Source of the DNA: a virus
Taxonomy: Duplodnaviria; Caudoviricetes
DNA length: 30,072 nt
IMG/VR virus record: IMGVR_UViG_3300030433_002706
Coordinates: 1-30,072 of that record
Direction: 5' to 3' (one strand)
Shown: positions 1 through 8,478 of the stretch, one piece after another
How the letters are laid out: each line of letters begins with the position of its first letter
How positions within the stretch are numbered: the first letter of the stretch is position 1
The notes under the pieces: model-generated
Told to the model about the DNA's origin: nothing
Database searches by the model: none
What the model saw: only the letters and a program-made list of their open reading frames with translations
Made by a program: the position numbers and the translations under genes

Positions 1-750
1 TACTCCACAACAATACAGGCACAACAATATTATACTGGTGACGGAAGTGGTAATCCCAATCTGAATGGCAAAAAGAGATTGACAAATTTAAGAAAAGAGA
101 AAGAGAGAAAATTAGAAGACAAACATACAACTGGTGATTCGCTCGCCGGAGATGCTTGTGATAAAATTTTAATAGATACTATTTATTCCAATGTCTTAAT
201 CAATGAACAGCAAAGACTCAGAGCGGGTGAAAGAGATTATATTCCTCCAATGCCACCACAAGCCCCATCACCTCCTTTGGATATAAGACCACCTGAAAGT
301 GACGTACCAAATACTGAAGCGGAAAGAGACTTTCTTGTGCTTTTTGAAGACTTGCCAGAAAATAGTGGAGAATACAAAACAGCCTTTCAGCCAACCGATG
401 CAAATGGTGTTGCTTCAGATAATCCTATAATTTTTAATTTTACCTCAATAATCAAAGAAGAGGGAGGTGACACAGGAGATCCGGAAGATCCTTTCTATCA
501 GATATACACATACTACAATGGCGAAGAATTGGTTGCAACAATAACATACGATCAAAGCGAAGGCGGGGTTGTTGTTCTGAAAATGGCTGAAAAAAATGGA
601 TTTGAGGACATATACGAAGCAAGTTCCCCATCCAAAGGTCGGGTGGAAGGTGATCCATTCCCATCAAATGCCGACGATGAAACTGATTTGGATTCGACTC
701 TGGACGAGGTGCTTGGGGAAGAATCCGATCCAGATGAACCGGAGACTTAA
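1..750 (+). CDS. Hypothetical protein, 5'-truncated, with acidic Pro-rich C-terminus (possibly virion-associated)
   Basis: Frame 1 is open from base 1 (YSTTIQAQQYYTGDG...) through the listed 79..750 ORF to TAA at 748-750, so the TTG at 79 is probably not the true start. No recognisable motif. Confidence 0.6.
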   Translation, partial: YSTTIQAQQYYTGDGSGNPNLNGKKRLTNLRKEKERKLEDKHTTGDSLAGDACDKILIDTIYSNVLINEQQRLRAGERDYIPPMPPQAPSPPLDIRPPESDVPNTEAERDFLVLFEDLPENSGEYKTAFQPTDANGVASDNPIIFNFTSIIKEEGGDTGDPEDPFYQIYTYYNGEELVATITYDQSEGGVVVLKMAEKNGFEDIYEASSPSKGRVEGDPFPSNADDETDLDSTLDEVLGEESDPDEPET

Positions 751-752
751 GA

Positions 753-1973
753 ATGACAAAATTTAACGGAAAAAATACCATACAATCAATTGGAAACTTA
801 GCTCGAGAAAGAGCAAAGTATAAACTACTAGCATTTCCGGAAAACGGAGGTCTCGGGCCAAACCAAATAATGGACTTCAACTTCGCAGAAAGGGTGAACT
901 ACGGAAGAGTGGATAGGCAACACAATCCAGTTTACCCCAACACAGATTTCATTGTCCCTTTAGCTTCTTCCAATAGCACATCGGAAACAATTTTGGTTAT
1001 GAATTATGTATCTGATCAATATCGAGACCTAGAAGAGCATTTTGTAAAAGCCTGTCGCTTAAGTCTTATCCCGACAGACGATCCGGTCTTATCAACATTA
1101 TCAGCAAAAAGAGCATACTTAGATCCGTTCGATGATTACACAAATTACAGAAATTCAGTTATGGACACATTCATCGACGAATTCGTATCTTCTAGAAACT
1201 TTAAAATAAACAACTTCAATGATTTTGTTGTAGCACTCACTCAATATATGTCACTTATGAGAGACATTTACCCGATTACCTTTTCGGGTTATCAAAGATC
1301 TAGTCAGGGGTCCATTTTTTCCTCCGGTCTTGCAATCGACATAGCGGGTATTCCTTTTGATGATGACGAACAGAAACAAGCGCTATTGTTCGACAGCCCA
1401 GCCTTCAAATATTATTTGAATATGGCTAAACAATACGGGTTCTCAGTTAACAAAAGAAATCCGGGCGTCCTAATTTCAGATGTTTCAAGTCCCGTAACTA
1501 AAGTATACCGTGGAAAATATGGTTTGTCAAGTGTTGATTTGATTTTTTCTGAACAATTTAACAAAACGCTTTATGATGATATAAGATTGTTGACAAGTAC
1601 TGTATCGGAATACTATAATTACTACATTCAACTAAACCCATTCAAAAGAAAATTTCATACAAGTTGGTCACTTAAGACAATAACCGTTGTTGAGCAAAAG
1701 GAAGAAATTGATATTAATAATATGGATAGTATATTATATAATAATATTATTAATTTATATATTAATATAAGAAATATAGAAGAAAGAAAACCTTATACTG
1801 ATTCTGAAATTAATCGTATTTATAAAAATTCTATAGAATTATCAAAAAGATCAAGAGACACCATGATAGAATTTATCGATGATCAATTCAAAGCGAAGTA
1901 TAGTCAGCAAGAAGGGTTCTTATCATATCACAGAAGAAAGTTTAAGAAAAAACTTGACAACGATAGACAATAA
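753..1973 (+). CDS. Hypothetical protein (406 aa)
   Basis: Long ORF starting 2 nt after the previous stop; no motif I can assign. Confidence 0.75.
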   Translation: MTKFNGKNTIQSIGNLARERAKYKLLAFPENGGLGPNQIMDFNFAERVNYGRVDRQHNPVYPNTDFIVPLASSNSTSETILVMNYVSDQYRDLEEHFVKACRLSLIPTDDPVLSTLSAKRAYLDPFDDYTNYRNSVMDTFIDEFVSSRNFKINNFNDFVVALTQYMSLMRDIYPITFSGYQRSSQGSIFSSGLAIDIAGIPFDDDEQKQALLFDSPAFKYYLNMAKQYGFSVNKRNPGVLISDVSSPVTKVYRGKYGLSSVDLIFSEQFNKTLYDDIRLLTSTVSEYYNYYIQLNPFKRKFHTSWSLKTITVVEQKEEIDINNMDSILYNNIINLYINIRNIEERKPYTDSEINRIYKNSIELSKRSRDTMIEFIDDQFKAKYSQQEGFLSYHRRKFKKKLDNDRQ

Positions 1974-1982
1974 GGTTATATT
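1954..1982 (+). promoter_or_regulatory. Sigma70-type promoter
   Basis: TTGACA 1954-1959, 17-nt spacer ending GT, TATATT 1977-1982; RBS TGGAGGAC before ATG 2012. Confidence 0.85.
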
Positions 1983-2011
1983 ATAAAAGATGACGAAACT
2001 ATGGAGGACAC

Positions 2012-3211
2012 ATGGTATTTCAAATCTTGGACGACAAGAAAGACTGCATTGGTTATTATGCCAATGAACAAATAGTTTACAACAAACCTCCGACATCTGC
2101 ACGTCGGACTTGGAATTACTCAGAGCACCTGCAGAATCTTGAGATTGATTATGCATACTTGTGGGCTAACGGCAAATCTCTCAGTGAAATCTGCCCAGAA
2201 CACCTAAAGACAAGGTTGGCTGCTTATGAAAAAAGAATAAAAGCGCAATTTAAAGCTTTTAACAAATCAAAAATAAATTTCGAAGACATTTGCTTTTACG
2301 ATCTTGTTCCAAACAAGCAAATCGAACATTACTTCCAGATAAGAAACGAAATTTGCGAGTGGGTATTCGAGAATTACGAAAAACCTAAGAATTATAATTT
2401 TTTGTTGGATACTTACATAACGTGCCAAAGAATACGGCAAAACAATGTAAACATCAACATGCATAAACTTTATAATCATGCAAAAACAGACACGAAAGCA
2501 AGAAATCTATTGAAATGGATACAGACAAACCCGGAATTGTCGGTAAATTACGACATTTTTGGATCTGTCACCGGCAGACTTACCACAAAAAATGGAAGTT
2601 TTCCAATAATGAATCTTAAAAACGAAATCAAGGACATTGTGGAACCAAAATGGGACTGCTTTGTTGAATTTGATTTTAATGCAGCAGAGATTAGAACCAT
2701 GATTTCTCTCATGGGACAAGAACAACCACAGGAGGATATTCATGAGTGGAACATCAAAAACATATTTAAAGAAGATATTAGCCGAGCACAAGCAAAACAA
2801 AAATTTTTTGCATGGCTGTATAACTCGGAAAACAAAACTATCGATTCTGAATTCTATAGCAAAGACATTCTTGTCGAAAAGTATTATTGCGAACAAAAAC
2901 AAGAATTACGGACCCCCTTCGGTCGAAGGACAGCTTGCGATCGATTTCACGCGCTCAACTACCTTCTTCAATCCGCTTCCTCCGATAATTGCCTCGAAAG
3001 AGTCAACAAAATCGAAAGATTCTTAACAGACAGGAGAAGTTATGTCGCCTTTACTATACACGATTGCGTTATTATCGATCTTCATAGGGACGATCGTCAT
3101 CTTATTCCGCAAATAAAAGAAATCTTTGAGGATACAAAGTTAGGCAATTTTGTTTCTAATTGCAAAATGGGCCGCAACCTCAAAGACCTCAGGGACTTTA
3201 AATGGAATTAA
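2012..3211 (+). CDS. Minimal family A DNA polymerase (PolA-like palm/fingers only)
   Basis: TGRL, motif A DFNAAEIR, motif B RAQAKQKFFAWLY, TPFGRR, NYLLQ and motif C TIHDC; only 399 aa, with no recognisable exonuclease motifs. Confidence 0.85.
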   Translation: MVFQILDDKKDCIGYYANEQIVYNKPPTSARRTWNYSEHLQNLEIDYAYLWANGKSLSEICPEHLKTRLAAYEKRIKAQFKAFNKSKINFEDICFYDLVPNKQIEHYFQIRNEICEWVFENYEKPKNYNFLLDTYITCQRIRQNNVNINMHKLYNHAKTDTKARNLLKWIQTNPELSVNYDIFGSVTGRLTTKNGSFPIMNLKNEIKDIVEPKWDCFVEFDFNAAEIRTMISLMGQEQPQEDIHEWNIKNIFKEDISRAQAKQKFFAWLYNSENKTIDSEFYSKDILVEKYYCEQKQELRTPFGRRTACDRFHALNYLLQSASSDNCLERVNKIERFLTDRRSYVAFTIHDCVIIDLHRDDRHLIPQIKEIFEDTKLGNFVSNCKMGRNLKDLRDFKWN

Positions 3212-3408
3212 AGGAGGGCGATTTGGTTGTTATTCTTCCCAAAGTCCAGTCAATACAGGCTGTTGTCGATTTACATGGCGGCGAAATCGGCGTAGTCTCT
3301 GACGTATCAGGAAGATTCGATCAAATGCAAGTCTATGGTGTTGTTGTAAATGGGCACACCTATTACTTATTCGGCGACGAAATAGAGAAATTGGAGGATA
3401 AATGTTAA
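3202..3408 (+). CDS. Small KOW/SH3-like beta-barrel hypothetical protein
   Basis: 68 aa, pattern LKEGDLV...GEIGVV...EIEKL; overlaps both neighbours in operon fashion. Confidence 0.6.
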   Translation: MELKEGDLVVILPKVQSIQAVVDLHGGEIGVVSDVSGRFDQMQVYGVVVNGHTYYLFGDEIEKLEDKC

Positions 3409-4211
3409 TTGTCGGAGTTGGCAACGCAGGTTGTAAAATAGCAGAACTATTCAAAAAACAAGACCAATATCATGTTGAGTTGTTAGATGAGGGAAAAGGA
3501 ATCAAGAAAGCGTCCTCGGTTGAAGAATATGATTCAATCAATTACAAACCTCGCAAGAAAGCTATCAAATCTGCCTCTGAGGGCATTCTTTTTGTTTGTG
3601 GTAGCGGTAAGGTTGCTGGAGCAACTCTACGCATTCTAGAGGGCCTGAGACACGTTAAAATGAAGGTTGTGTATCTTTATCCGGATCTTGAATTCTCATC
3701 AACAAAAGAGAAGAAAAGAAACAGAGTGCACTTCAATGTCCTTCAGCAATATGCGAGGTCAGGATTAATCGATGAATTAATTTTGTTGGATAATAAGATT
3801 CTTCTGGAGCACGTAGGTCATGGTACGGTATTAAATTATTTTGATAAAGTTAATAATTTTATTTACACTATGATTAGCACACTAAATTATTGCGATAATG
3901 TCGATCCAGATTTTGATGCGAGACAAGATTTAAAAGAAATCAGTAATATTTCCACCATAGGATGGGGGCCTTTTGAAGAAAATGAAGAAAAGTTGTTCTT
4001 TTTACTTGACAACATAACTGAGACAGGTTATATTATTAACATAAATGAGGATGAACTTGTTAACGACGTTTCTGTTTTACCAAACGTTAAGTCAATGGTG
4101 AAACAAAACAAAGATTTAAACAGAGAGACTTCATTTGCGATCTGGTCCACAGAAGAATCAGAAAGTTATTTTTACACTAAACATTACACACATTTTATAC
4201 AGGAGAAATAA
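3402..4211 (+). CDS. Divergent tubulin/FtsZ-superfamily protein (PhuZ/TubZ-like)
   Basis: N-terminal IVGVGNAGCKIAE resembles the FtsZ/TubZ GxGxAG loop; LLDN followed by FDKVNNFI resembles the DN...N motifs; the GGGTGSG signature is degenerate (CGSGKVAGA). RBS TGGAGG. Confidence 0.7.
   Translation: MLIVGVGNAGCKIAELFKKQDQYHVELLDEGKGIKKASSVEEYDSINYKPRKKAIKSASEGILFVCGSGKVAGATLRILEGLRHVKMKVVYLYPDLEFSSTKEKKRNRVHFNVLQQYARSGLIDELILLDNKILLEHVGHGTVLNYFDKVNNFIYTMISTLNYCDNVDPDFDARQDLKEISNISTIGWGPFEENEEKLFFLLDNITETGYIININEDELVNDVSVLPNVKSMVKQNKDLNRETSFAIWSTEESESYFYTKHYTHFIQEK
4006..4034 (+). promoter_or_regulatory. Sigma70-type promoter internal to the tubulin-like CDS
   Basis: TTGACA 4006-4011, 17-nt spacer ending GT, TATATT 4029-4034; same consensus as the intergenic copies. 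Confidence 0.7.
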
Positions 4212-4300
4212 TGTTACTATTTTTAATGACACTTTTGGTCGGTTGTGGCGAAAAAGAAACCGACTCCTCACAAGACACCTCAGTTGAGGAGAGTGAGTAA
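4211..4300 (+). CDS. Predicted 29-aa lipoprotein (not in ORF track)
   Basis: MLLFLMTLLVGCGEKETDSSQDTSVEESE: hydrophobic core plus lipobox LVG-C; RBS AGGAGA; start overlaps the previous stop (TAATG). Confidence 0.65.
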   Translation: MLLFLMTLLVGCGEKETDSSQDTSVEESE

Positions 4301-4389
4301 TGGAAATTATCTTTGGAACTATTGTATTAGTCTTTGCAGTGACTTGGGCTTGGTATACAATTCTTGGAAAACTTTCAAAAAAAACTTGA
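4300..4389 (+). CDS. Predicted 29-aa single-pass membrane peptide (not in ORF track)
   Basis: MEIIFGTIVLVFAVTWAWYTILGKLSKKT: one hydrophobic helix with a basic C-tail; RBS GAGGAG; TAATG coupling. Confidence 0.55.
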   Translation: MEIIFGTIVLVFAVTWAWYTILGKLSKKT

Positions 4390-4414
4390 CAAAGTTTAAA
4401 ATAAATGTTATATT
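4386..4414 (+). promoter_or_regulatory. Sigma70-type promoter for ssb
   Basis: TTGACA 4386-4391, 17 nt ending TGT, TATATT 4409-4414. Confidence 0.85.
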
Positions 4415-4508
4415 ATAAGTGTAACTTGATTTACACAACTTAAAACAAACTGGGAGTATGGTTGAAACCCTGCTCACCTTAACATAGCAATATAAAAGGA
4501 GAACTACT

Positions 4509-5276
4509 ATGGCTATAAATATTGAAGCGATGCGAGCCAAACTTAACGCATCTAAAACTGGCAACAAAGGTCAAACTAATAATACGAAATGGCGACCAAC
4601 TCAAGGAGATCAAACCATTCGTATCCTTCCTACAGAAGATGGAGATCCGTTCAAGGAATTTCACTTTCACTATAATGTAGGTAAAAACCCCGGTATTATG
4701 TGCCCAAAGCGAAATCATGGAGAAGATTGTCCAATTTGTAATTTTGCTTCTGAATTGTGGAAGAATGGTGTCGAAACAGACGATGCTACTCTGAAGTCTG
4801 AAGCAAAGAAACTTTTTGTTCGCAAACGTTATTATTCACCGATTATCGTCCGAGGCAAGGAAACCGAGGGAGTAAAGATTTGGTCTTATGGAAAGACCGC
4901 GTACGAAACCTTGCTGGGTTATGTCCTCGACCCTGACTATGGTGATATCACTGATCCTGAAGTAGGCACTGATATTGTTCTCAATTATGACGTACCGGGA
5001 ACTCCGGGGTCTTTCCCTAAGACTACCCTAAAACCTCGTCGACGACCGAGTGTATTATGCGACGAAGCAATTGGTGATTGTAATGAATTGTTAGATTCTG
5101 TCCCTGATATTGGTTCGCTTTTCGATAGAAAATCAACCGAAGATGTTCAGGCGTTACTTGATGACTACTTGTCCTCCGACTCATCATCAGAATCCAGTTC
5201 AACTGAAACTACAAAATACTCTAAAAATAGCTCGGGAATCGACGAGGCCTTTGATAAATTCATGAACAATGATTAA
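4509..5276 (+). CDS. Single-stranded DNA-binding protein, T4 gp32-like
   Basis: IRILP...DPFKEFHFHY, Zn-site-like CPKRNHGEDCPIC, YGDITDP...GTDI, Ser-rich acidic C-tail; RBS AAGGAG. Confidence 0.8.
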   Translation: MAINIEAMRAKLNASKTGNKGQTNNTKWRPTQGDQTIRILPTEDGDPFKEFHFHYNVGKNPGIMCPKRNHGEDCPICNFASELWKNGVETDDATLKSEAKKLFVRKRYYSPIIVRGKETEGVKIWSYGKTAYETLLGYVLDPDYGDITDPEVGTDIVLNYDVPGTPGSFPKTTLKPRRRPSVLCDEAIGDCNELLDSVPDIGSLFDRKSTEDVQALLDDYLSSDSSSESSSTETTKYSKNSSGIDEAFDKFMNND

Positions 5277-5307
5277 ACCGTAGTCCTCCTCCTTGTTAAA
5301 GGGTAAC

Positions 5308-5347
5308 GCCACCCGCCCTAGGTTTAAAAGGGTGGCACTTTTTTATT
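5308..5347 (+). terminator. Putative intrinsic terminator after ssb
   Basis: GCCACCC 5308-5314 / GGGTGGC 5330-5336 stem followed by ACTTTTTTATT; the loop is long (15 nt). Confidence 0.6.
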
Positions 5348-5368
5348 ATCAAAACAAAGGAGATAAGC

Positions 5369-7165
5369 ATGTCAAGTCCACAAGGAAGCATAGCTTTAAC
5401 ACAAAAGAAAAAAATTGAAAAAATGACCATTCCGGAAAAGGATAAAACTGGAATGGTGTTTAGAGCATTAGAAAATGTAAGTAAAGATATCCCCTTATAT
5501 ATGTTATGGAGAGAAGCGTTTCATAATGAATTTGACGCTATCATTATGAAACATTCTGAAGACAGATCAGAAATTTATATTGATCCATTCCATAATGATT
5601 CAGACGGGTCCATATTGTTCGCGGGAACAGGTATCGGGTTCACTGAGGAAATTGTAATTAATAATTTCAATTCAATGTTTAATAGTTCAAAAGTTACCGA
5701 ACTGGCTCTAAATGCAGACTTCGACCAATGTAAGGGGATTGGTATAAAAGCAGCAGGATATAAGAGAGCTGACTTAGAATATAAAACAAAAAATTTCAAC
5801 AATTCATTTAAATTTAAATTTACGAGTGATGACGAGGGTTTTCCCGGATTAGAAAAAACCATAAGCATAGATGAAGACGGAGATGAAGTAGATGAGTCAA
5901 TAGTTTACATTGACAACCAAGAGTTCAGCTTTTTGAAAGAAGATCAAACAGGAACCGAACTGGTGATGAAAGGCGTCAATGGCGCGAACCTATCAGAAAC
6001 ACTAGCCAGCGAGATTCATTCACTTTTTGGATCTAAACTTAAAAAACTTAATAAACAATATGGTTGGGCATTTTGTAGATTTCTAAATATGAGATATTGG
6101 TCCTTCCCAGAAAACATAAACATCGATATCAAAGTAGGACCAGAACGCAAAGAACGCGTAAGGGGGTCAGAGTATTATCTTAAGAATAAAAGTATAGATA
6201 ACGGAACAAAAATGTATTCTCTGAATACGGGATTTGGCAGTTATGATTTTAAATTAAGATGGTTTATTATGAAAGAAGATATGGGCAATCATCATGCAAT
6301 ATATTGTCCGTTTTTTGCGATTAAACATAAATCCGAATTATATGGCAATTTAGCACCCGGAGCGTCCAGAGCTAAATTGATGAGAGATTGTGGTCTCTCT
6401 AGAGCATCAGATCGAATAGTTTTCGTTGTTGAGTTTGAGGATTGTTGTTTATCTGTGCCTAATAGCAGAAAACAAGTTACCATCGATGGTCACGATATCG
6501 ACGTAGGAAAAATTTGTGAAGTAATTAGCGAAAATTTACCAGAAAAGGTTCAGAAATTTAAAGACGAATTGATAAATTCTATCCCTCCGGATGAATTAAT
6601 AATGAAAAGTTTGAGAAATTTCTTGAGAGAAAATTATTATTTCAAGAAGTCACCAGCCCTTCGTTTAGTTAATTCAACACAAGTTTCTGATAAATCTCTG
6701 ATTAATAAACCTAAAGAGGATCAGACATCTGCCAACAAAAATAAACAAAAATCTATTCCGAAAGGAGTTAGAAACCCGCAATCCAACAGAAAGGCAAAAT
6801 CATCAGTACAAAACTTCAAATTACCAGAATTAATAGCTGATCCGACGATGTCAGAGGATATCTGGGCCCATATGAACGTAAAGCAATGGGAGCTTACTTA
6901 TAATCCAAACTTTAAAGATATTGAAAAGATGCAAAATTTAACCACAATGGTGGAATTCTCTAATTGCCCTAATACTAGAAAGAATGTTGTATTAGGAGCT
7001 CTTTTAGGAAAATCAGTAGAGTGGATTTTCAATCAAGTATATAAAAATATCAAAGAAAGAGATTATAAATTGCAACAAATTCTGAACGAACAAGATTTGA
7101 CAAAACAAGCATGGTTGTCTAGTGGGACAATCTCAAGACAGAAGAAATCAGAAAGCTCAAAATGA
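5369..7165 (+). CDS. GHKL (Hsp90/MORC/MutL-like) ATPase-domain protein with unknown C-terminus
   Basis: N-box LWREAFHNEFDA, G1-like AGTGIGF, G2 KGIGIKAA, motif IV TGTELVM; RBS AAGGAG. Confidence 0.65.
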   Translation: MSSPQGSIALTQKKKIEKMTIPEKDKTGMVFRALENVSKDIPLYMLWREAFHNEFDAIIMKHSEDRSEIYIDPFHNDSDGSILFAGTGIGFTEEIVINNFNSMFNSSKVTELALNADFDQCKGIGIKAAGYKRADLEYKTKNFNNSFKFKFTSDDEGFPGLEKTISIDEDGDEVDESIVYIDNQEFSFLKEDQTGTELVMKGVNGANLSETLASEIHSLFGSKLKKLNKQYGWAFCRFLNMRYWSFPENINIDIKVGPERKERVRGSEYYLKNKSIDNGTKMYSLNTGFGSYDFKLRWFIMKEDMGNHHAIYCPFFAIKHKSELYGNLAPGASRAKLMRDCGLSRASDRIVFVVEFEDCCLSVPNSRKQVTIDGHDIDVGKICEVISENLPEKVQKFKDELINSIPPDELIMKSLRNFLRENYYFKKSPALRLVNSTQVSDKSLINKPKEDQTSANKNKQKSIPKGVRNPQSNRKAKSSVQNFKLPELIADPTMSEDIWAHMNVKQWELTYNPNFKDIEKMQNLTTMVEFSNCPNTRKNVVLGALLGKSVEWIFNQVYKNIKERDYKLQQILNEQDLTKQAWLSSGTISRQKKSESSK

Positions 7166-7230
7166 TAATATTCTAAAAAACCACAGGGAGGCATGGGTTG
7201 TAGATGCCTCACTATTTATAGGAGAACAAA

Positions 7231-8352
7231 TTGGGAAAAGTAATTAAAATGAGTAAATCAAAACCGGGAAAAATTGACATATCTGCAATGAAAAAATTTG
7301 TAAATAAACAAGTTGGAATTGACATTGCACACGATCTTCGTGAGGACAACCCCACGGAGGTTAAGACTTGGATCCCCACTGGATCTAGGTGGCTTGACTC
7401 TATAACGTGTAGAGGAAAGTATGGTGGTATCCCTGTCGGGAAGATCACCGAGATTGCTGGACTTTCATCAGCCGGTAAATCTTTTATGGCAGTTCAGATA
7501 GCCGCCAATGCACAAAAGATGGGTCATACTGTGGTCTATTTTGATGCTGAAAGTGCTATTGATCCACAATTTCTAACGACTGCGGGAGTTGATGTAGATT
7601 CACTACTCTACATTCAGGCAATCTCTGTTGAGAAGACTCTGGAAACCATCGAGGATTTGATGGGAGAATATCCCGAGACTCAGTTTTTATTCATCTGGGA
7701 TAGCATTGCAGCTACCTCTTCTGAAAAAGAAATTGAATCTGACTTCAATCCTCAATCTACTATGGCAGTCAAGCCTCGCATTTTTGCAAAGGCTTTTCCG
7801 AAACTAACAATCCCTCTTGCCAATCAACAGTGCACGATGATCTTGATCAACCAACTGAAGACCAACATTACTAGCAATGTTGCCGAAGCAATGACAACCC
7901 CGTTTATTGCTCCCGGTGGTAAGGCGATTGAATATTTCTGTTCCCAACGCATTTGGTTAACAAAGCGTAAGGCCAAAGCAGGGTATGTTACCGATGATAC
8001 TGGTTTGCGAATTGGATCTGAAGTTAAGGTGCAAATTCAGAAATCTAGATTTGGTACGGAAGGAAGAACTTGTGGGTTCAAAATCCTGTGGGGTGGAGAG
8101 GCACGTATTCAAGATGAAGAATCGTGGCTTGAAGCCTTACGTTTATCTCAATCAGATCGATTTCGGGTAGGGGGCGGTTGGTACTACCTTACCGATTCAA
8201 AGGGTAAGGAGCATAAGTTCCGGTCGTCACAATGGTTAGATAAACTAAAAGATCAGAAATTCAAAACTCTGGTTTTTGAAATTATGGATGAAGAGATAAT
8301 CAAGAAGTTCGATACCGAAGGTAAGAACTTTGATGTCGACAAAGAAAAATAA
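7231..8352 (+). CDS. recA: RecA/UvsX recombinase
   Basis: WIPTGS..LD, GGIPVGKITEIAG, Walker A GLSSAGKS, YFDAE, Walker B FIWDS, INQLK, PGGKA; TTG start with RBS AGGAGA. Confidence 0.93.
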   Translation: MGKVIKMSKSKPGKIDISAMKKFVNKQVGIDIAHDLREDNPTEVKTWIPTGSRWLDSITCRGKYGGIPVGKITEIAGLSSAGKSFMAVQIAANAQKMGHTVVYFDAESAIDPQFLTTAGVDVDSLLYIQAISVEKTLETIEDLMGEYPETQFLFIWDSIAATSSEKEIESDFNPQSTMAVKPRIFAKAFPKLTIPLANQQCTMILINQLKTNITSNVAEAMTTPFIAPGGKAIEYFCSQRIWLTKRKAKAGYVTDDTGLRIGSEVKVQIQKSRFGTEGRTCGFKILWGGEARIQDEESWLEALRLSQSDRFRVGGGWYYLTDSKGKEHKFRSSQWLDKLKDQKFKTLVFEIMDEEIIKKFDTEGKNFDVDKEK

Positions 8353-8383
8353 ACGACGTAGTTAAAGCCGCCAAGGGAACGTT

Positions 8384-8420
8384 GCCCCCATGCTCTTTTG
8401 AGTGTGGGGGTTTTTTCTTT
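8384..8420 (+). terminator. Intrinsic terminator after recA
   Basis: CCCCCATGCTC-TTTT-GAGTGTGGGGG stem (two G-U pairs) followed by TTTTTTCTTT. Confidence 0.85.
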
Positions 8421-8426
8421 AATTAT

Positions 8427-8455
8427 TTGACAAACTAGTAGTAACAAGTTATATT
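8427..8455 (+). promoter_or_regulatory. Sigma70-type promoter
   Basis: TTGACA 8427-8432, 17 nt ending GT, TATATT 8450-8455. Confidence 0.85.
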
Positions 8456-8478
8456 ATATTTATAATACGGAGGACATT

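Noticed and set aside
7097-7125. TTGACA near the end of the GHKL gene as a recA promoter
   Set aside because: No -10 box at 16-18 nt spacing (TAGTGG at 17 nt).
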